DNA of 64,000 bases from Verrucomicrobiota bacterium (GCA_039818205.1 JBCBUK010000017.1:13048-77047), one strand, 5' to 3'. Shown: positions 27,375-37,602, counted from the stretch's first letter. Made by a program: numbers and translations. Notes: a model not told the origin generated them from the sequence alone.

Positions 27375-28733
27375 TTAGCGCCGGGGGCCTCGACGAGGCA
27401 CTCGGTTGCTGCTTTCCTCTGGCTCTGGCTGTGGTGCTTGCGGTGCCTGCGGCACGACCACTATTGAATTGTCGGGCAATGGAGGAGTTTGCGGTGGTGA
27501 AATTGAAGCTGTAGCCGGTGGCTCCGCGGGTAGGGTTCGAAGAATCGGTTCAGGCTCAGGAGCCGGGGTGGGGGGCGTTTGGACGATTTCGGTTCGTGGG
27601 CTAATCGGCGTAACGGCTGGCGTTGCCAGCGGTAAGCGCTTTTGCTCTACGGGTATGGAACGCAAATACTGTTCCTGGGCCTGCCGCTTCATGGTTTCCA
27701 GTTCGTTGCGCATGGCTCCCAGTTCCGCGAGCGAATTGGCTAATTCATTGCGCAGTTTGGCGTTACTTGTCGATAGCTCGGAATTGTCTTTTGCGAGAAA
27801 CTCTTGCCGCAATGTCATCTGAGAAATAGTGCCAGCGGAAAACTCTCGTGCGGAATGCGACTCCTCAAGCTCGCTGAGAAGCTCGGCGTTCGTTTGCTGA
27901 AGGGTTTCGATTGCCTCACCGGTTTCTAACGCTTCCTTTTCTTCGATCAGTTGGTTGTTTTGAAGTTCAAGGTTGGTGATGGTGGTATTGCGGTCTCGAA
28001 TGGTCGCCCGTGCGTTGGCCAGCTCCGCTTGTAGGGCGCCAATCGTCTGCTCTTTTTGCGAGAGCAGGTTGTCGAGCTCAAGAATCTGTTCTTCCAGTTT
28101 CTTGTAGTCTTGTTCAGGGGTGATCTCGCGTTCTAGATTGGCAAAAACGGTGACGGTGCCCGTGGCTTTCGCTTGCTCACCGGTGTTGAGGTTGAAGAAC
28201 GAAATTTGAAATGCGCCGCTCTCAAATGGTGGGGCGCTTTCAGCCAAATCGGCTGAGCTTAGCATTTCTCCGGCGTCATCCGAGAGTTCTATAACCAGGT
28301 CGCTGATAATGTATTCACTGTCGCCCACTTCACCACCCGCCATTTGAAGCGAAAAGGTGATGCGATCATCCTTCTCGTTGTCCTCACCATTGACGACTTC
28401 GACGAAGCTGTCGCGGTCGGAAAGAAAAGCCTCGTAGTTGACCACGTAGTTGCGGTCGAGGGTGATTTCAGCAGCAGTGATGGAGTCTCGATGGACAAAT
28501 GTGGAGATGGACTCTCCTTCATCAAGATAGCGCGGTTTGATCGCAATTGTGCCTGACAGGACCTGAGGTGGGCCGATTTTCGAACGCAATGCGGGGTCCA
28601 CGTAGTCGATATCGCCCTCAAAAACAAAGTCTGCGCCAAGGTTGACACCGATTTTTGCCGCATGATCACCATCTTGATCCTGTGCGAGGATCGGTGACGA
28701 AATCAACAAAGAGAGAATGAGTAGGCGTTTCAT
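27375..28733 (-). CDS. Exported hypothetical protein: globular N-terminus, coiled coil, Pro-rich basic tail
   Basis: Signal peptide MKRLLILSLLISSPILA; ~170 aa heptad region; PTPAPEPEP/PQAPQAPQP tail ending RVPRRGPRR. Confidence 0.8.
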   Translation of the reverse strand: MKRLLILSLLISSPILAQDQDGDHAAKIGVNLGADFVFEGDIDYVDPALRSKIGPPQVLSGTIAIKPRYLDEGESISTFVHRDSITAAEITLDRNYVVNYEAFLSDRDSFVEVVNGEDNEKDDRITFSLQMAGGEVGDSEYIISDLVIELSDDAGEMLSSADLAESAPPFESGAFQISFFNLNTGEQAKATGTVTVFANLEREITPEQDYKKLEEQILELDNLLSQKEQTIGALQAELANARATIRDRNTTITNLELQNNQLIEEKEALETGEAIETLQQTNAELLSELEESHSAREFSAGTISQMTLRQEFLAKDNSELSTSNAKLRNELANSLAELGAMRNELETMKRQAQEQYLRSIPVEQKRLPLATPAVTPISPRTEIVQTPPTPAPEPEPILRTLPAEPPATASISPPQTPPLPDNSIVVVPQAPQAPQPEPEESSNRVPRRGPRR

Positions 28734-28844
28734 GTCTAGATCGCGTAGGACACGATAAATGCCAAATGGTTCTCCTAGGAAAGCGTGAAGGTCAGAATTA
28801 ACAACGCCTTCACGCTTCCAAGAGATATGGTGACGAGACCGAAA

Positions 28845-30008
28845 CTACAGTTTCGGGAACTTGGTCCACTTTTGTTTAGCGTTGGCGCTCTTGACCGCAG
28901 TCTCGATGAACGCCATGCCGTAAACGCCGTCGTCAACGGTTGGGAAATCGTAGCCCTTTTTACGCGGATACTTGCCTTTTACCTCGTCCATAATCGCTTG
29001 GGCGGCTCCAAGGTAAACATTTGCGAAGGCTTCAATGAATGCTTCCGGGTGACCGAATGGCAGACGGGAGTTTGCCTTCGTGATGTCACTCAAATAGTCG
29101 TTGCCGCGGCGCAGAACTTGGCGGGGCTTGTCTGGATACTTGATGATCAGGTCGTTCGGATACTCCTGGTGCCATTCAATTGAGGCCTTGGTTCCGTAAA
29201 CGCGGATGTTGATGTTGTTCTCCTCGCCGCCGGATACTTGGGAGGCATAAACGATTCCACGGGCACCGCCCTCGTAGTGAACGAGTAGGTTCCCGTCGTC
29301 TTCCAGCAATCGACCAGGAGCGAAGGTGGTGAAGTCAGCACAGAGTTCTTCGATTTCGAGGCCCGTAATGTAGCGGGCAAGGTTTTCGGCGTGGGTGCCA
29401 ATATCGCCGATGCAGCACGAGGCGCCGGCTCGTTTCGGATCGGTGCGCCATGCCGCTTGCTTTTGATCTTCTTTTTCCAGCGCAGTCAACAACCAGCCTT
29501 GTGGATACTCCGCGACGATTTTCAAAATGTCGCCGATCTTGCCCTTCTTTACCCATTCACGGGCTTCCTTTACCATTGGATAGCCAGTATAGTTGTGGGT
29601 TAGCGCGAAGACTTTGCCGGACTTGTCGACGATCTTCTTTAGTTGCTTTGCCTCTTTGAGGTCGAAGGTCATCGGCTTATCGCAAATGACGTTGAACCCG
29701 GCTTCCAGGAAGCACTTCGCAACGGGGAAGTGCATGTGGTTCGGAGTGACAATTGAGACGAAGTCCAAACGCTGATCCTTGGGGAGAGCAGCCTCAGTCT
29801 TGGCCATCTCTTCGTAGGATGAGTAGGTGCGTTCAGGATCGACAAAGAAGTCTGCTCCGGAGAGCCGGGAGCGATCAGGGTCGCTGGAAAAGCAGCCAGC
29901 AACGAGTTCCATTTTGCCGTCCAAAGCGGCAGCCATTCGGTGGACGGCGCCAATAAAGGCATCACGACCACCACCAATCATTCCGTAGCGGAGTTTTCGT
30001 TTCATCAC
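28845..30008 (-). CDS. Gfo/Idh/MocA family oxidoreductase
   Basis: LRYGMIGGG...FIGAVHR, IVTPNHMH, CDKPMT, GDIGTHA, GHPEAFIEAFAN. Confidence 0.95.
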   Translation of the reverse strand: MMKRKLRYGMIGGGRDAFIGAVHRMAAALDGKMELVAGCFSSDPDRSRLSGADFFVDPERTYSSYEEMAKTEAALPKDQRLDFVSIVTPNHMHFPVAKCFLEAGFNVICDKPMTFDLKEAKQLKKIVDKSGKVFALTHNYTGYPMVKEAREWVKKGKIGDILKIVAEYPQGWLLTALEKEDQKQAAWRTDPKRAGASCCIGDIGTHAENLARYITGLEIEELCADFTTFAPGRLLEDDGNLLVHYEGGARGIVYASQVSGGEENNINIRVYGTKASIEWHQEYPNDLIIKYPDKPRQVLRRGNDYLSDITKANSRLPFGHPEAFIEAFANVYLGAAQAIMDEVKGKYPRKKGYDFPTVDDGVYGMAFIETAVKSANAKQKWTKFPKL

Positions 30009-30105
30009 CCTTGTTTAAGCAGGGGTGGCCAGCATTTTAAAGCAAGAAGTTCGTTTTGGTAACGAACATTCTGATATCTACAACGGAACTAGCCGCTAGC
30101 TGATC

Positions 30106-30777
30106 CTAGTCTTCGATTTGCCCAACCAGTTTGAGCAAGTCGATCGGATTTTCGCAGATATCGTATGGCTTCTCTTTGGCGATAGCTTCATATCGATTAA
30201 ACCCCCAGGTCACGCCAACGGATCGCACCAGCGCTTTCTGGGCCGCCCGTACGTCTCGGGTCTCATCACCAACGTAGGCCATCGTGGAAGGGTCCAGCGT
30301 AAAGGTCTTCATGACCGAACGGAGATTCTTGGCCTTTCCGCCAAGCTTGGGCACGGTGCTGATAAAATCGAAAATTTGCAGGTCTTCCTTGGTCAAAAAT
30401 GCCTCCACATTCACTTTCGCATTGGAAGTGAGGATTCCCAAGGTTGTGACCTTTGGGCGCAAGGTTCGCAAAACGTCTGGCATCCCCTCAATTGGTTTGA
30501 TCTCGCTAATCCGCTTGCCGAATATTCGTCTGCCTTCGCGAATCATCGACGGAATCTTCATGCGTGGAATGTCGTAGGCACGAATGAACTGCTTCGTGGT
30601 CATATTGCGAGCCTTCTCGAGCTCGTTGGGAGGGAGCTGTTTATAGCCGTAGACCGGGGCCAGGCGGTTAAAAAGACGCAAGGCTTCAGACAAGGTATCT
30701 GCAATTGTGCCGTCAAAATCGAAGACGAGACAGCTTGGAACGGGCTTCGGCGCGATTGGCATAGCGCGAGGTAGCAT
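30106..30777 (-). CDS. HAD-IA family hydrolase
   Basis: FDFDGTIADT, LTSN, YVGDETRD; start moved to ATG 30777 (or 30762). Confidence 0.92.
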   Translation of the reverse strand: MLPRAMPIAPKPVPSCLVFDFDGTIADTLSEALRLFNRLAPVYGYKQLPPNELEKARNMTTKQFIRAYDIPRMKIPSMIREGRRIFGKRISEIKPIEGMPDVLRTLRPKVTTLGILTSNAKVNVEAFLTKEDLQIFDFISTVPKLGGKAKNLRSVMKTFTLDPSTMAYVGDETRDVRAAQKALVRSVGVTWGFNRYEAIAKEKPYDICENPIDLLKLVGQIED

Positions 30778-30916
30778 TAAGCTAAAGTTGACAATGGCAA
30801 TGCGAATTATTGGGATGCGGCAAATGGCAGAAATTTTGTAATCAGTCTCAAATTTTGATGGATTGCCCAGATGGTAGATTCTCATTTGTAATGAGTACAA
30901 CTGCCGCGGAAAATGT

Positions 30917-31852
30917 ATGCCAGAATCGGACCCAATTGAAACGCCAAGGCCAGAACTCGAGCAGGTTCAGGCGTTTCTGCGTTGCCTTGAAAGCGAACGC
31001 CGCATGTCTCCCTATACGGTTCGAAACTACGGGCAAGCACTTCGGCGATTTGCAGAGGCTATGCGGGCGACGGAACGTTGGCAGGGTGACTGGTCGACAC
31101 TGAAGACACTGTCGTTCCGCAGTTACCTGATTGACGCGCAAAAGACGCTATCGCGGCGAACGATCCACAATCACTTTTCGGCGCTGCGCACATTTTATCA
31201 GTGGATGCGAGAACACGAGACGGTCAGCGAAAATCCGATGTTGGGGCTTAACATGCCAAAGATGCCCAAGTCGCTCCCGAAATATCTAACCGAGAGTCAG
31301 ATGAAGGCGCTTCTCAATGGCCCGATGCGCCTGTTGGACAACGAAGCTCTGGAGCCTGCCGCTGCGCTCCGGGATCGCCTGGTAATGGAGCTGCTCTATG
31401 GCGCTGGTCTTCGAGTTAGTGAGTTGGTGGCGTTGAATCATGGCTCAATTGACAGCTTGGGCGTCGCTCGGGTCGTCGGAAAGGGGAACAAGGAGCGTCT
31501 GTGTCCAATCGGCAAGGTTGCGTTGGCATGTTTGGATGAATATCGAAAGAAGTTTGCTCGGGCGACCGATCGCGCTGCTCCGATTCTTGTAAATGATAAG
31601 GGGAAACGAATTTCAGTAAGAAGTGTGCAGCTAATGCTTAAGCGTTACCTTGCTCTAGCCGATTTACCCATGGACTTAAGTCCTCACAAAATTCGACACA
31701 GCTACGCTACACACATGTTAAATCACGGAGCAGACCTCAGAATGGTTCAAGAATTGCTTGGTCACGCAAGCCTTTCAACCACACAAATTTACACGCACGT
31801 CGGAGTCGCTCGACTCAAAGACGTTCATCAGCGGGCCCATCCTCGGGGTTAA
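30917..31852 (+). CDS. xerC: Tyrosine recombinase XerC
   Basis: SPYTVRNY, RDRLVMELLYGAGLRVSEL, GKGNKER, SPHKIRHSYATHML, VQELLGHASLSTTQIYTHV; 311 aa. Confidence 0.9.
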   Translation: MPESDPIETPRPELEQVQAFLRCLESERRMSPYTVRNYGQALRRFAEAMRATERWQGDWSTLKTLSFRSYLIDAQKTLSRRTIHNHFSALRTFYQWMREHETVSENPMLGLNMPKMPKSLPKYLTESQMKALLNGPMRLLDNEALEPAAALRDRLVMELLYGAGLRVSELVALNHGSIDSLGVARVVGKGNKERLCPIGKVALACLDEYRKKFARATDRAAPILVNDKGKRISVRSVQLMLKRYLALADLPMDLSPHKIRHSYATHMLNHGADLRMVQELLGHASLSTTQIYTHVGVARLKDVHQRAHPRG

Positions 31853-31984
31853 TCACCGAGTTTTTGTGGATTTTTGTTCGCTAAAAGGCTCACTGTCAGT
31901 TGTTTCGGAAGCGCGTTAATTTTTTTCTTTTCAGTAATTTTACATTGTACTATTATGGATGTTCCCCTGAGGCTTTGTTACTCA

Positions 31985-32893
31985 ATGTGTGATTCTTCTT
32001 TATCGTTGGCGCTGGCGAAAGTTGTTGCTGTCGCCGCTTGGGCGGATGGCGTTGTCCAGCCGGAGGAACGGGATTGTTTAAAGGATCTCTTGTATCAGCT
32101 GCCCGAACTACACCGTAAAGATTGGCGTAAAGTTGAGGATCTCCTGGATCATGAAATTTCGCCGGAAGCGCGTCGATATTACCTGGCCGAGCTTGCTGAC
32201 CAACTGACGGATGGATCGTCAACCCAATTTGCGCTCTATGCATTGGAGCGAATGATTCAGGCCGATGGAGTCGTGACTTATGAGGAATATCGCCTACTGG
32301 AGGAGTTTTTAGATCAGATTCGCGAACGGTCGGCTCATGCGTTGCCGTTGGTTTCGAGGATTCTCGATCGGCCGATCCGCAGGCGGTTGCAGGCAGCGGG
32401 TCACTCTGAATGCGATTTTGCTCCGGTTGATGAAGTGGTGCAAAATCGAGTCGAGGATTGGAAAGTTGGGATGGTTGGGCTTGAGCATCGCTCCGACCAT
32501 GAGCTGCGCCGCCTGTGCCTCGCTGGAATCCTGATTGCCCGGGTGATACACGCGGACGGTAAGATCGACGAGCGCGAGCTAGCAACCGCCATAGATTTTC
32601 TAACTCGTTGTTGGCACCTGAAGCGCGAACAAGCGGAGTTCGTCATGATCGTGTCACTTTCCGATGAGTTCAGCGTTTTGGATGCCCTCAGGATAAGCCG
32701 GTGGCTATTTGAGGTCACCGATTTGCGTGAGCGCCGTATTTTCCTGGAGTTACTGTTTGAGCTCGCCGCAGTCGATTCGAAGATCGATCAACGCGAAATT
32801 GATGAGATTATGCAAATCTGCGCAAACCTGCGATTGGAACATCTCGATTTTCAACGCGGCCTAGAGCGTATTGTGGAAGAAGAGGCGGGCTAG
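31985..32893 (+). CDS. TerB (tellurite resistance/DjlA N-terminal-like) family protein with two TerB domains
   Basis: Two repeats of A.ADG.v..eE: AWADGVVQPEE/QADGVVTYEE and IHADGKIDERE/AVDSKIDQRE; start is uncertain. Confidence 0.85.
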   Translation: MCDSSLSLALAKVVAVAAWADGVVQPEERDCLKDLLYQLPELHRKDWRKVEDLLDHEISPEARRYYLAELADQLTDGSSTQFALYALERMIQADGVVTYEEYRLLEEFLDQIRERSAHALPLVSRILDRPIRRRLQAAGHSECDFAPVDEVVQNRVEDWKVGMVGLEHRSDHELRRLCLAGILIARVIHADGKIDERELATAIDFLTRCWHLKREQAEFVMIVSLSDEFSVLDALRISRWLFEVTDLRERRIFLELLFELAAVDSKIDQREIDEIMQICANLRLEHLDFQRGLERIVEEEAG

Positions 32894-33552
32894 GGGCCCA
32901 TCGGATTGCTGCTGGTATCGATTTGCTCGAGTTTCCTAAGGTCGTGTATGGGGCTGAAATCCGTTATCTGATTCTCGTGGCAAAACAACACGTGGAGTTG
33001 CTCAAGACTACGGAGAGGTTCCAGTGAGGAAACTTGATTGTCCCAACAGTAGAGCTCTTGGAGATTCGGACAGTTTTCAACACCGTCGAGGGATCGAAGG
33101 CCGTTGTCTGTTAAATTCAGGGAAATGAGCTTTGGCATTAGTTTCAGCTCTGCGACTGACTCTATCTTATTTTTGTAGAGATTTAGTTCAACTAGCTGAG
33201 TTAGGCCGGCGATGCTTCCAAGCTTACAGAGGCGATTTCCCTGCAGTTTGAGTGTCTTCAGGCTTTCGAGAGCACCGAAAGAGGAGCTGTCCGAGATATC
33301 GTTGAATGAAAGGTCGAGATGTTTAAGTAGACCGTGTTCCGCTAAGCCTGTGATGGATCGGATTTCAAATCCGACAATTCGCAGTTTTTGAAGGTTGGGG
33401 AAGCGTTTCAAGCCTTCCAAGTCCACGAGCTCAATCGTTGATTCCGGCCGAGAACGGTTAAAATCGCTGATTAGTTCAAGTGAATTCAGTTCTTCGGGTA
33501 CTTCGCCTTGCTGCTCGATTAGCTGAACAACTTGATCCCAAGGCCCGTTCAT
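32890..33552 (-). CDS. Leucine-rich repeat protein (internalin-like 22-aa repeats)
   Basis: L..L.L..N.I repeats: LKHLDLSFNDI, LKTLKLQGNRL, LVELNLYKNKI, LISLNLTDNGL, LQELYCWDNQV. Confidence 0.92.
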   Translation of the reverse strand: MNGPWDQVVQLIEQQGEVPEELNSLELISDFNRSRPESTIELVDLEGLKRFPNLQKLRIVGFEIRSITGLAEHGLLKHLDLSFNDISDSSSFGALESLKTLKLQGNRLCKLGSIAGLTQLVELNLYKNKIESVAELKLMPKLISLNLTDNGLRSLDGVENCPNLQELYCWDNQVSSLEPLRSLEQLHVLFCHENQITDFSPIHDLRKLEQIDTSSNPMGP

Positions 33553-34265
33553 TTCGTAATCGGGCGCATGCCGACTTCGCTGGGGTCGATTTTTTCGGCG
33601 TCGGAAGTGTTGTCAAACTTGCCCGCAATGATCTGAGTTGGGTTGTAGGCGTATTTGCGAAATTTACCCTTTCCATAGACGATGACGTCTACCCAGCCAG
33701 AGTTGTAGAGCACGGTGACGTGGTTGTCGACGTGGCGCCACACGCCCGTTTCACCAAACACGCCCTCGGGTCCGTTGGGGTAGGTGGTGCGCGCCGTGCC
33801 ATCAGGCTTAATCTGAACGTAGAAGTCTTCGCTGCTTTCGTCTTGCAGCTTCCAAACACCGATAAAATTGCTGATGTTGACTTCCTCAAACAGCTTGCGA
33901 CCTTCGACTTTGTTCGCCGAAGATGTATTTGAAGGCTCCGCGCTAAGCGCAGTGTTCGGGCTGAAACCATGCTTGGTGAAAGTTCCATCATCGTTGTCTT
34001 TGATGGTGTCGCACCATCCGCTATCGTATAGCACAGTGGTGATGCCGTCTCCGCGGTGCCAGTAACCGCGCTCGCCCAGAAAGCCGGTGTCACCTTTACT
34101 GTAATTCGTCCGCGCAAAGTTGCCCTCTTCGAGCGCGATTAGGAATTTGCCACCTTCACCATCGCCGACTTCCCAAATCTCAGGGAGCTCGATTTCAGCG
34201 TCTGTCGACGCAAAGCTCGTGCAGAGAGCGAGAAGGGAAAGGCAAATTAAGATGGGATACTTCAT
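33549..34265 (-). CDS. Exported hypothetical protein made of two tandem homologous domains
   Basis: Signal peptide; repeats ARTNY..G..G..GERGYW.....TTVLYDSGWCDTI and ARTTY..G..G..GETGVW.....VTVLYNSGWVDVI. Confidence 0.82.
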   Translation of the reverse strand: MKYPILICLSLLALCTSFASTDAEIELPEIWEVGDGEGGKFLIALEEGNFARTNYSKGDTGFLGERGYWHRGDGITTVLYDSGWCDTIKDNDDGTFTKHGFSPNTALSAEPSNTSSANKVEGRKLFEEVNISNFIGVWKLQDESSEDFYVQIKPDGTARTTYPNGPEGVFGETGVWRHVDNHVTVLYNSGWVDVIVYGKGKFRKYAYNPTQIIAGKFDNTSDAEKIDPSEVGMRPITK

Positions 34266-34435
34266 TGTAAAATAGTGTGGATGTTTGAGACGACAATTTA
34301 GGATGTATAGTCAGGCTAATCCTAAGTTCGAAAGCTGGGGCAGATCAAGCGTGGGATACTCCGGAGAATCGACTTCAAGGCCCATATTCTGCCTGAACAA
34401 ATAGAGGATCGGTTAGAAGCTTGCGTTGGCAACGC

Positions 34436-35665
34436 TCAATCCTCCTTCGCGTGTTGCCCTGCCATCCAGCCGGTTGTCCAGGCGATTTGAAGATTGTCTG
34501 CCGGGGCGATGGCGCAGGGTTCGAGGACACTGCCGGCAAAATACAAGCCAGGGACTCTTCGGCTCGCCATTGTTCGAAAGTCGATTTCATCGCTGGCCAC
34601 GCCACCGATTACCGAGCTAATGCTGCGAACATTTTTGCGTTTAACGACCTCGAACTCGCAAGCGGAGAGCTCACGGACAAGGGCTGAGCGTTCCGGGGGT
34701 TCCAGTGAGTCCCATGATCGAGTTAGCTCAAGCTTCGCAGCAGACACTAAGTTTCTCCAAAGTCTTGAGGGTAGGTCGGGGTGCTCAAGGCTGCCAAGCC
34801 GGCCTTGAGGAAACTGCCGCAGTTGCTCATCAATTAAGCGCGCGGCGGCGCGAGGGCCGCCGGGTAACCAGCTCACTCGAAGGGGGAAACGTCCCTGCAG
34901 TTTCTCGAGCCTGGATGCGTGGCGAGATGACAACTCCCAAGCGGCAGGACCGCTGATGCCCCAGGGTTCGATTGAAATAGAGCGAGACGCAACGCGATCT
35001 GTGTCGCCAATGCGCAAATCTCGTTCGCCGTCTAAAGGTCCAGCCATGCCCGAGATTCGAGGGTCCTGGCATTGAAACCCGGTTAGGGCCGGTAGGCATT
35101 CGGTGACGACGTGGCCGAGCCCTTCAATAATTCGGCAACTGGGGTTCGCAATGAGTCCGCCTCCGGCGATGATCAAGCGATCGACCTGAATGGTTCGTTC
35201 ATCGGCAAGGGTTAACCAAAAGCCGCCGGTCGATTTCATGTCAACGGCCTTCAACGCGCTACCAAGAAGGCATTGGATGCCTCGTTCTTGGATTACTTGA
35301 TCGAAGAATTGGGCAATGGCCGTGGGTTCGCCATCTCGGATGGTCACCAGTCCATCGTCGTTGACCTCCAGTGATTCTCCATTCTCTTCAAGCCATGCCT
35401 CGAAATCACCGGGTCCGTATCGGGTATAGGCACCAAGCATTTCCTTTTGCCCCGCGACCAGGGATTCGCTTTGGTCAATGGGATCCCATATCTCCCGAGT
35501 GAGATCAATTGGTTTTGGGTCACCGAAGCGCCACTGGCGCAGAACCGTCTCTTCGGAATCAATGAGGACGACCTGCGCACCCGCTTGGGCAGCTGTGATC
35601 GCAGCATATACTCCCGCAGGTCCCGCGCCCGCGATGGCAATGATTCGGTCTTCGTTTTGGGGCAT
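34436..35665 (-). CDS. HI0933/YhiN (BaiN-like) flavoprotein, divergent
   Basis: IAIAGAGPAG FAD motif, LIIAGGG, GGV...EIDFRTM.S..VPGLYFAG, NLQIAWTTG. Confidence 0.82.
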   Translation of the reverse strand: MPQNEDRIIAIAGAGPAGVYAAITAAQAGAQVVLIDSEETVLRQWRFGDPKPIDLTREIWDPIDQSESLVAGQKEMLGAYTRYGPGDFEAWLEENGESLEVNDDGLVTIRDGEPTAIAQFFDQVIQERGIQCLLGSALKAVDMKSTGGFWLTLADERTIQVDRLIIAGGGLIANPSCRIIEGLGHVVTECLPALTGFQCQDPRISGMAGPLDGERDLRIGDTDRVASRSISIEPWGISGPAAWELSSRHASRLEKLQGRFPLRVSWLPGGPRAAARLIDEQLRQFPQGRLGSLEHPDLPSRLWRNLVSAAKLELTRSWDSLEPPERSALVRELSACEFEVVKRKNVRSISSVIGGVASDEIDFRTMASRRVPGLYFAGSVLEPCAIAPADNLQIAWTTGWMAGQHAKED

Positions 35666-35670
35666 GATTC

Positions 35671-35705
35671 AAACAAAAGGCCTCCGCTCAATTGAGCGAA
35701 GGCCT
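35671..35705 (-). terminator. Terminator of rpsB-tsf
   Basis: aggcct.cgctca-at-tgagcg.aggcct hairpin with a U-tract on the minus strand. Confidence 0.78.
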
Positions 35706-35734
35706 GAAAGATTAATCAATTGATTGCATTCAAC

Positions 35735-36325
35735 CTATTCGCCAATCGCGAAACGAGAGAAACGACGGATCTTGATGTTTTCGCCGATACGCTGAATCGA
35801 TTGAGTCAGGAGTTCACCAACGGTGATCGAGGTGTCCTTAACAAATGGTTGATCCAACAGAGCAACGGTCGACAAGAACTTGTTGACCTTGCCTTCGACG
35901 ATTTTCCCGATTGCTTGCGCAGGCTTGCCTTCCGCCTGTGCTTCAGCAACTTCGCGCTCCTTGGCGATAACGTCTTCAGGGACCTCTTCGCGGCTGATCG
36001 CCAATGGGCTGGCTGCAGCAATGTGCATCGCGATGTCGCGAGCGAGGTCTTTGAAATCGTCGTTCTTGGCCACAAAGTCGGACTCGCAATTGAGTTCGAT
36101 CATGACACCAACTTTGCCACCCATGTGGATGTAGCTTTCGATGATGCCTTCGGTGGCTTCGCGGCCAGCTTTTTTTGCGGCCTTGATGGCGCCGTTCTTC
36201 TTCAGTAAATCGATGGCTGCGTCTTGATCGCCCTGGGACTCAACAAGGGCTTTCTTACAATCCATCAAACCGAGACCCGTGCGTTGACGGAGCTCGTTGA
36301 CCATACTTGCGGTAATTGCGGACAT
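35735..36325 (-). CDS. tsf: Elongation factor Ts (short form, 196 aa)
   Basis: LRQRTGLGLMDCKKAL, ELNCESDFVA, MHIAA..P, LLDQPFVKD, RFSRFAIGE. Confidence 0.97.
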   Translation of the reverse strand: MSAITASMVNELRQRTGLGLMDCKKALVESQGDQDAAIDLLKKNGAIKAAKKAGREATEGIIESYIHMGGKVGVMIELNCESDFVAKNDDFKDLARDIAMHIAAASPLAISREEVPEDVIAKEREVAEAQAEGKPAQAIGKIVEGKVNKFLSTVALLDQPFVKDTSITVGELLTQSIQRIGENIKIRRFSRFAIGE

Positions 36326-36358
36326 GGTAGATTCTCTTTGTGGGTTTTAGATTGAAAA

Positions 36359-37240
36359 TTATTCGGCTGGCTTTTCCGTAGGTGCTTCCCCTTCAGCTGG
36401 TGCTGGAGCTGGAGCTGCCGGTGTTTCCGCTGCTGCAGCCTTGGCCTTCGAATCATCGAGAACGATGTCATCAGCAAAGGTCACTTCTGGTTCGGCCTCA
36501 GAAAATTCCTGGCGAACGATCGGAGTGATGCCTTGCTGAGGTGAGTTGCGGACCTCAGTGCGGCGAGCCATCCCGTTTTGAACTGCTTCCATGATAACTT
36601 CAGTTACGAGACGGATCGACTTGACCGCGTCGTCATTACCAGGAATCGGATAGTTAACCAAGGTTGGGTCAGAATTCGTGTCAACTAAGGCGATGACCGG
36701 AATCTTCAGGCGGCGAGCTTCGGCGACTGCAATCGCTTCGTTCTTTACGTCGATTATGTAGAGTGCGGAAGGGACGCCTTTGACCTCGAGCATACCTTCA
36801 AAGTTGCGGTGCATCCGGGCCATCTCACGACGAATTGCGGCTTGCTCCTTACCGGGGAGCTTCTGGAGTTCACCTTCCGCTTCCATGCGCAGGTAACGCT
36901 TATACTTATCGAGACTTGCCTTCGAAGTTGTCCAGTTGGTGAGGGCGCCACCCATCCAGCGGTTAACCGCGAATGGCATGCTGCAGGTCGTTGCCGCTTC
37001 GCGCAAAATTTCTTGGGCTTGGCGCTTGGTGCCGACAAACATGATGTCGTCTCCCTTAGCAACCAATTCTTCAATGAATTCGGATGCTTTCTCGAGGAGG
37101 GCGTAGGTTTTCTCCAAGTTGATAATGGAGATGCCGTGACGATGGTCGAAAACGTATGGCTTCGATTTCGGATTCCAACGGCGGGTTTGGTGACCGAAGT
37201 GAACTCCGGCATCCAATAGGTCTTTTACAGTGATGTTCAT
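36359..37240 (-). CDS. rpsB: 30S ribosomal protein S2
   Basis: LLDAGVHFGHQTRRWNPK, FVGTKRQA, RWMGG.LTN, DTNSDP, PGNDDA; true start ATG 37240 (the ORF-track extension is untranslated leader). Confidence 0.98.
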   Translation of the reverse strand: MNITVKDLLDAGVHFGHQTRRWNPKSKPYVFDHRHGISIINLEKTYALLEKASEFIEELVAKGDDIMFVGTKRQAQEILREAATTCSMPFAVNRWMGGALTNWTTSKASLDKYKRYLRMEAEGELQKLPGKEQAAIRREMARMHRNFEGMLEVKGVPSALYIIDVKNEAIAVAEARRLKIPVIALVDTNSDPTLVNYPIPGNDDAVKSIRLVTEVIMEAVQNGMARRTEVRNSPQQGITPIVRQEFSEAEPEVTFADDIVLDDSKAKAAAAETPAAPAPAPAEGEAPTEKPAE

Positions 37241-37330
37241 GTAGGTTTTTGGGCTCCGTATCCGCAACTTTCCCGGTGAAGAGCGAACCTTGGATAAGGG
37301 TGTGGTGCTCAAAGGTTTGAGCGACCAGAT
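37241..37330 (-). promoter_or_regulatory. rpsB 5' leader, candidate S2 autoregulatory RNA
   Basis: Minus strand reads gctcaaa-cc-tttgagc CACCACACCC ... GGATACGGAGCCC before the ATG, reminiscent of the CACAC...GGRTAC..GAGG elements of the E. coli rpsB leader (from memory). Confidence 0.45.
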
Positions 37331-37519
37331 TTGGTTTTCTAGCGTATTTAATTTCAAGACATTCCGGGAGACCGTCTCGAATGGTGAAGGGCGGAAGATT
37401 AGGGGCCGTGCGAGTGCACGCAAGCAGTAATTATCGCTATTTTTGGGCGAAGTGCAAAAAAGTTTTAATTTTCTCTTGCGCTACCTTCAACAACCCGCTT
37501 TGTTCATCGACTTTTCCTA

Positions 37520-37598
<79 letters not shown>

Positions 37599-37602
37599 AT
37601 TT

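Noticed and set aside
30917-31852. Tyrosine recombinase as a possible phage/island integrase
   Set aside because: Length and motifs fit chromosomal XerC; there is no adjacent tRNA, att repeat or mobile cargo
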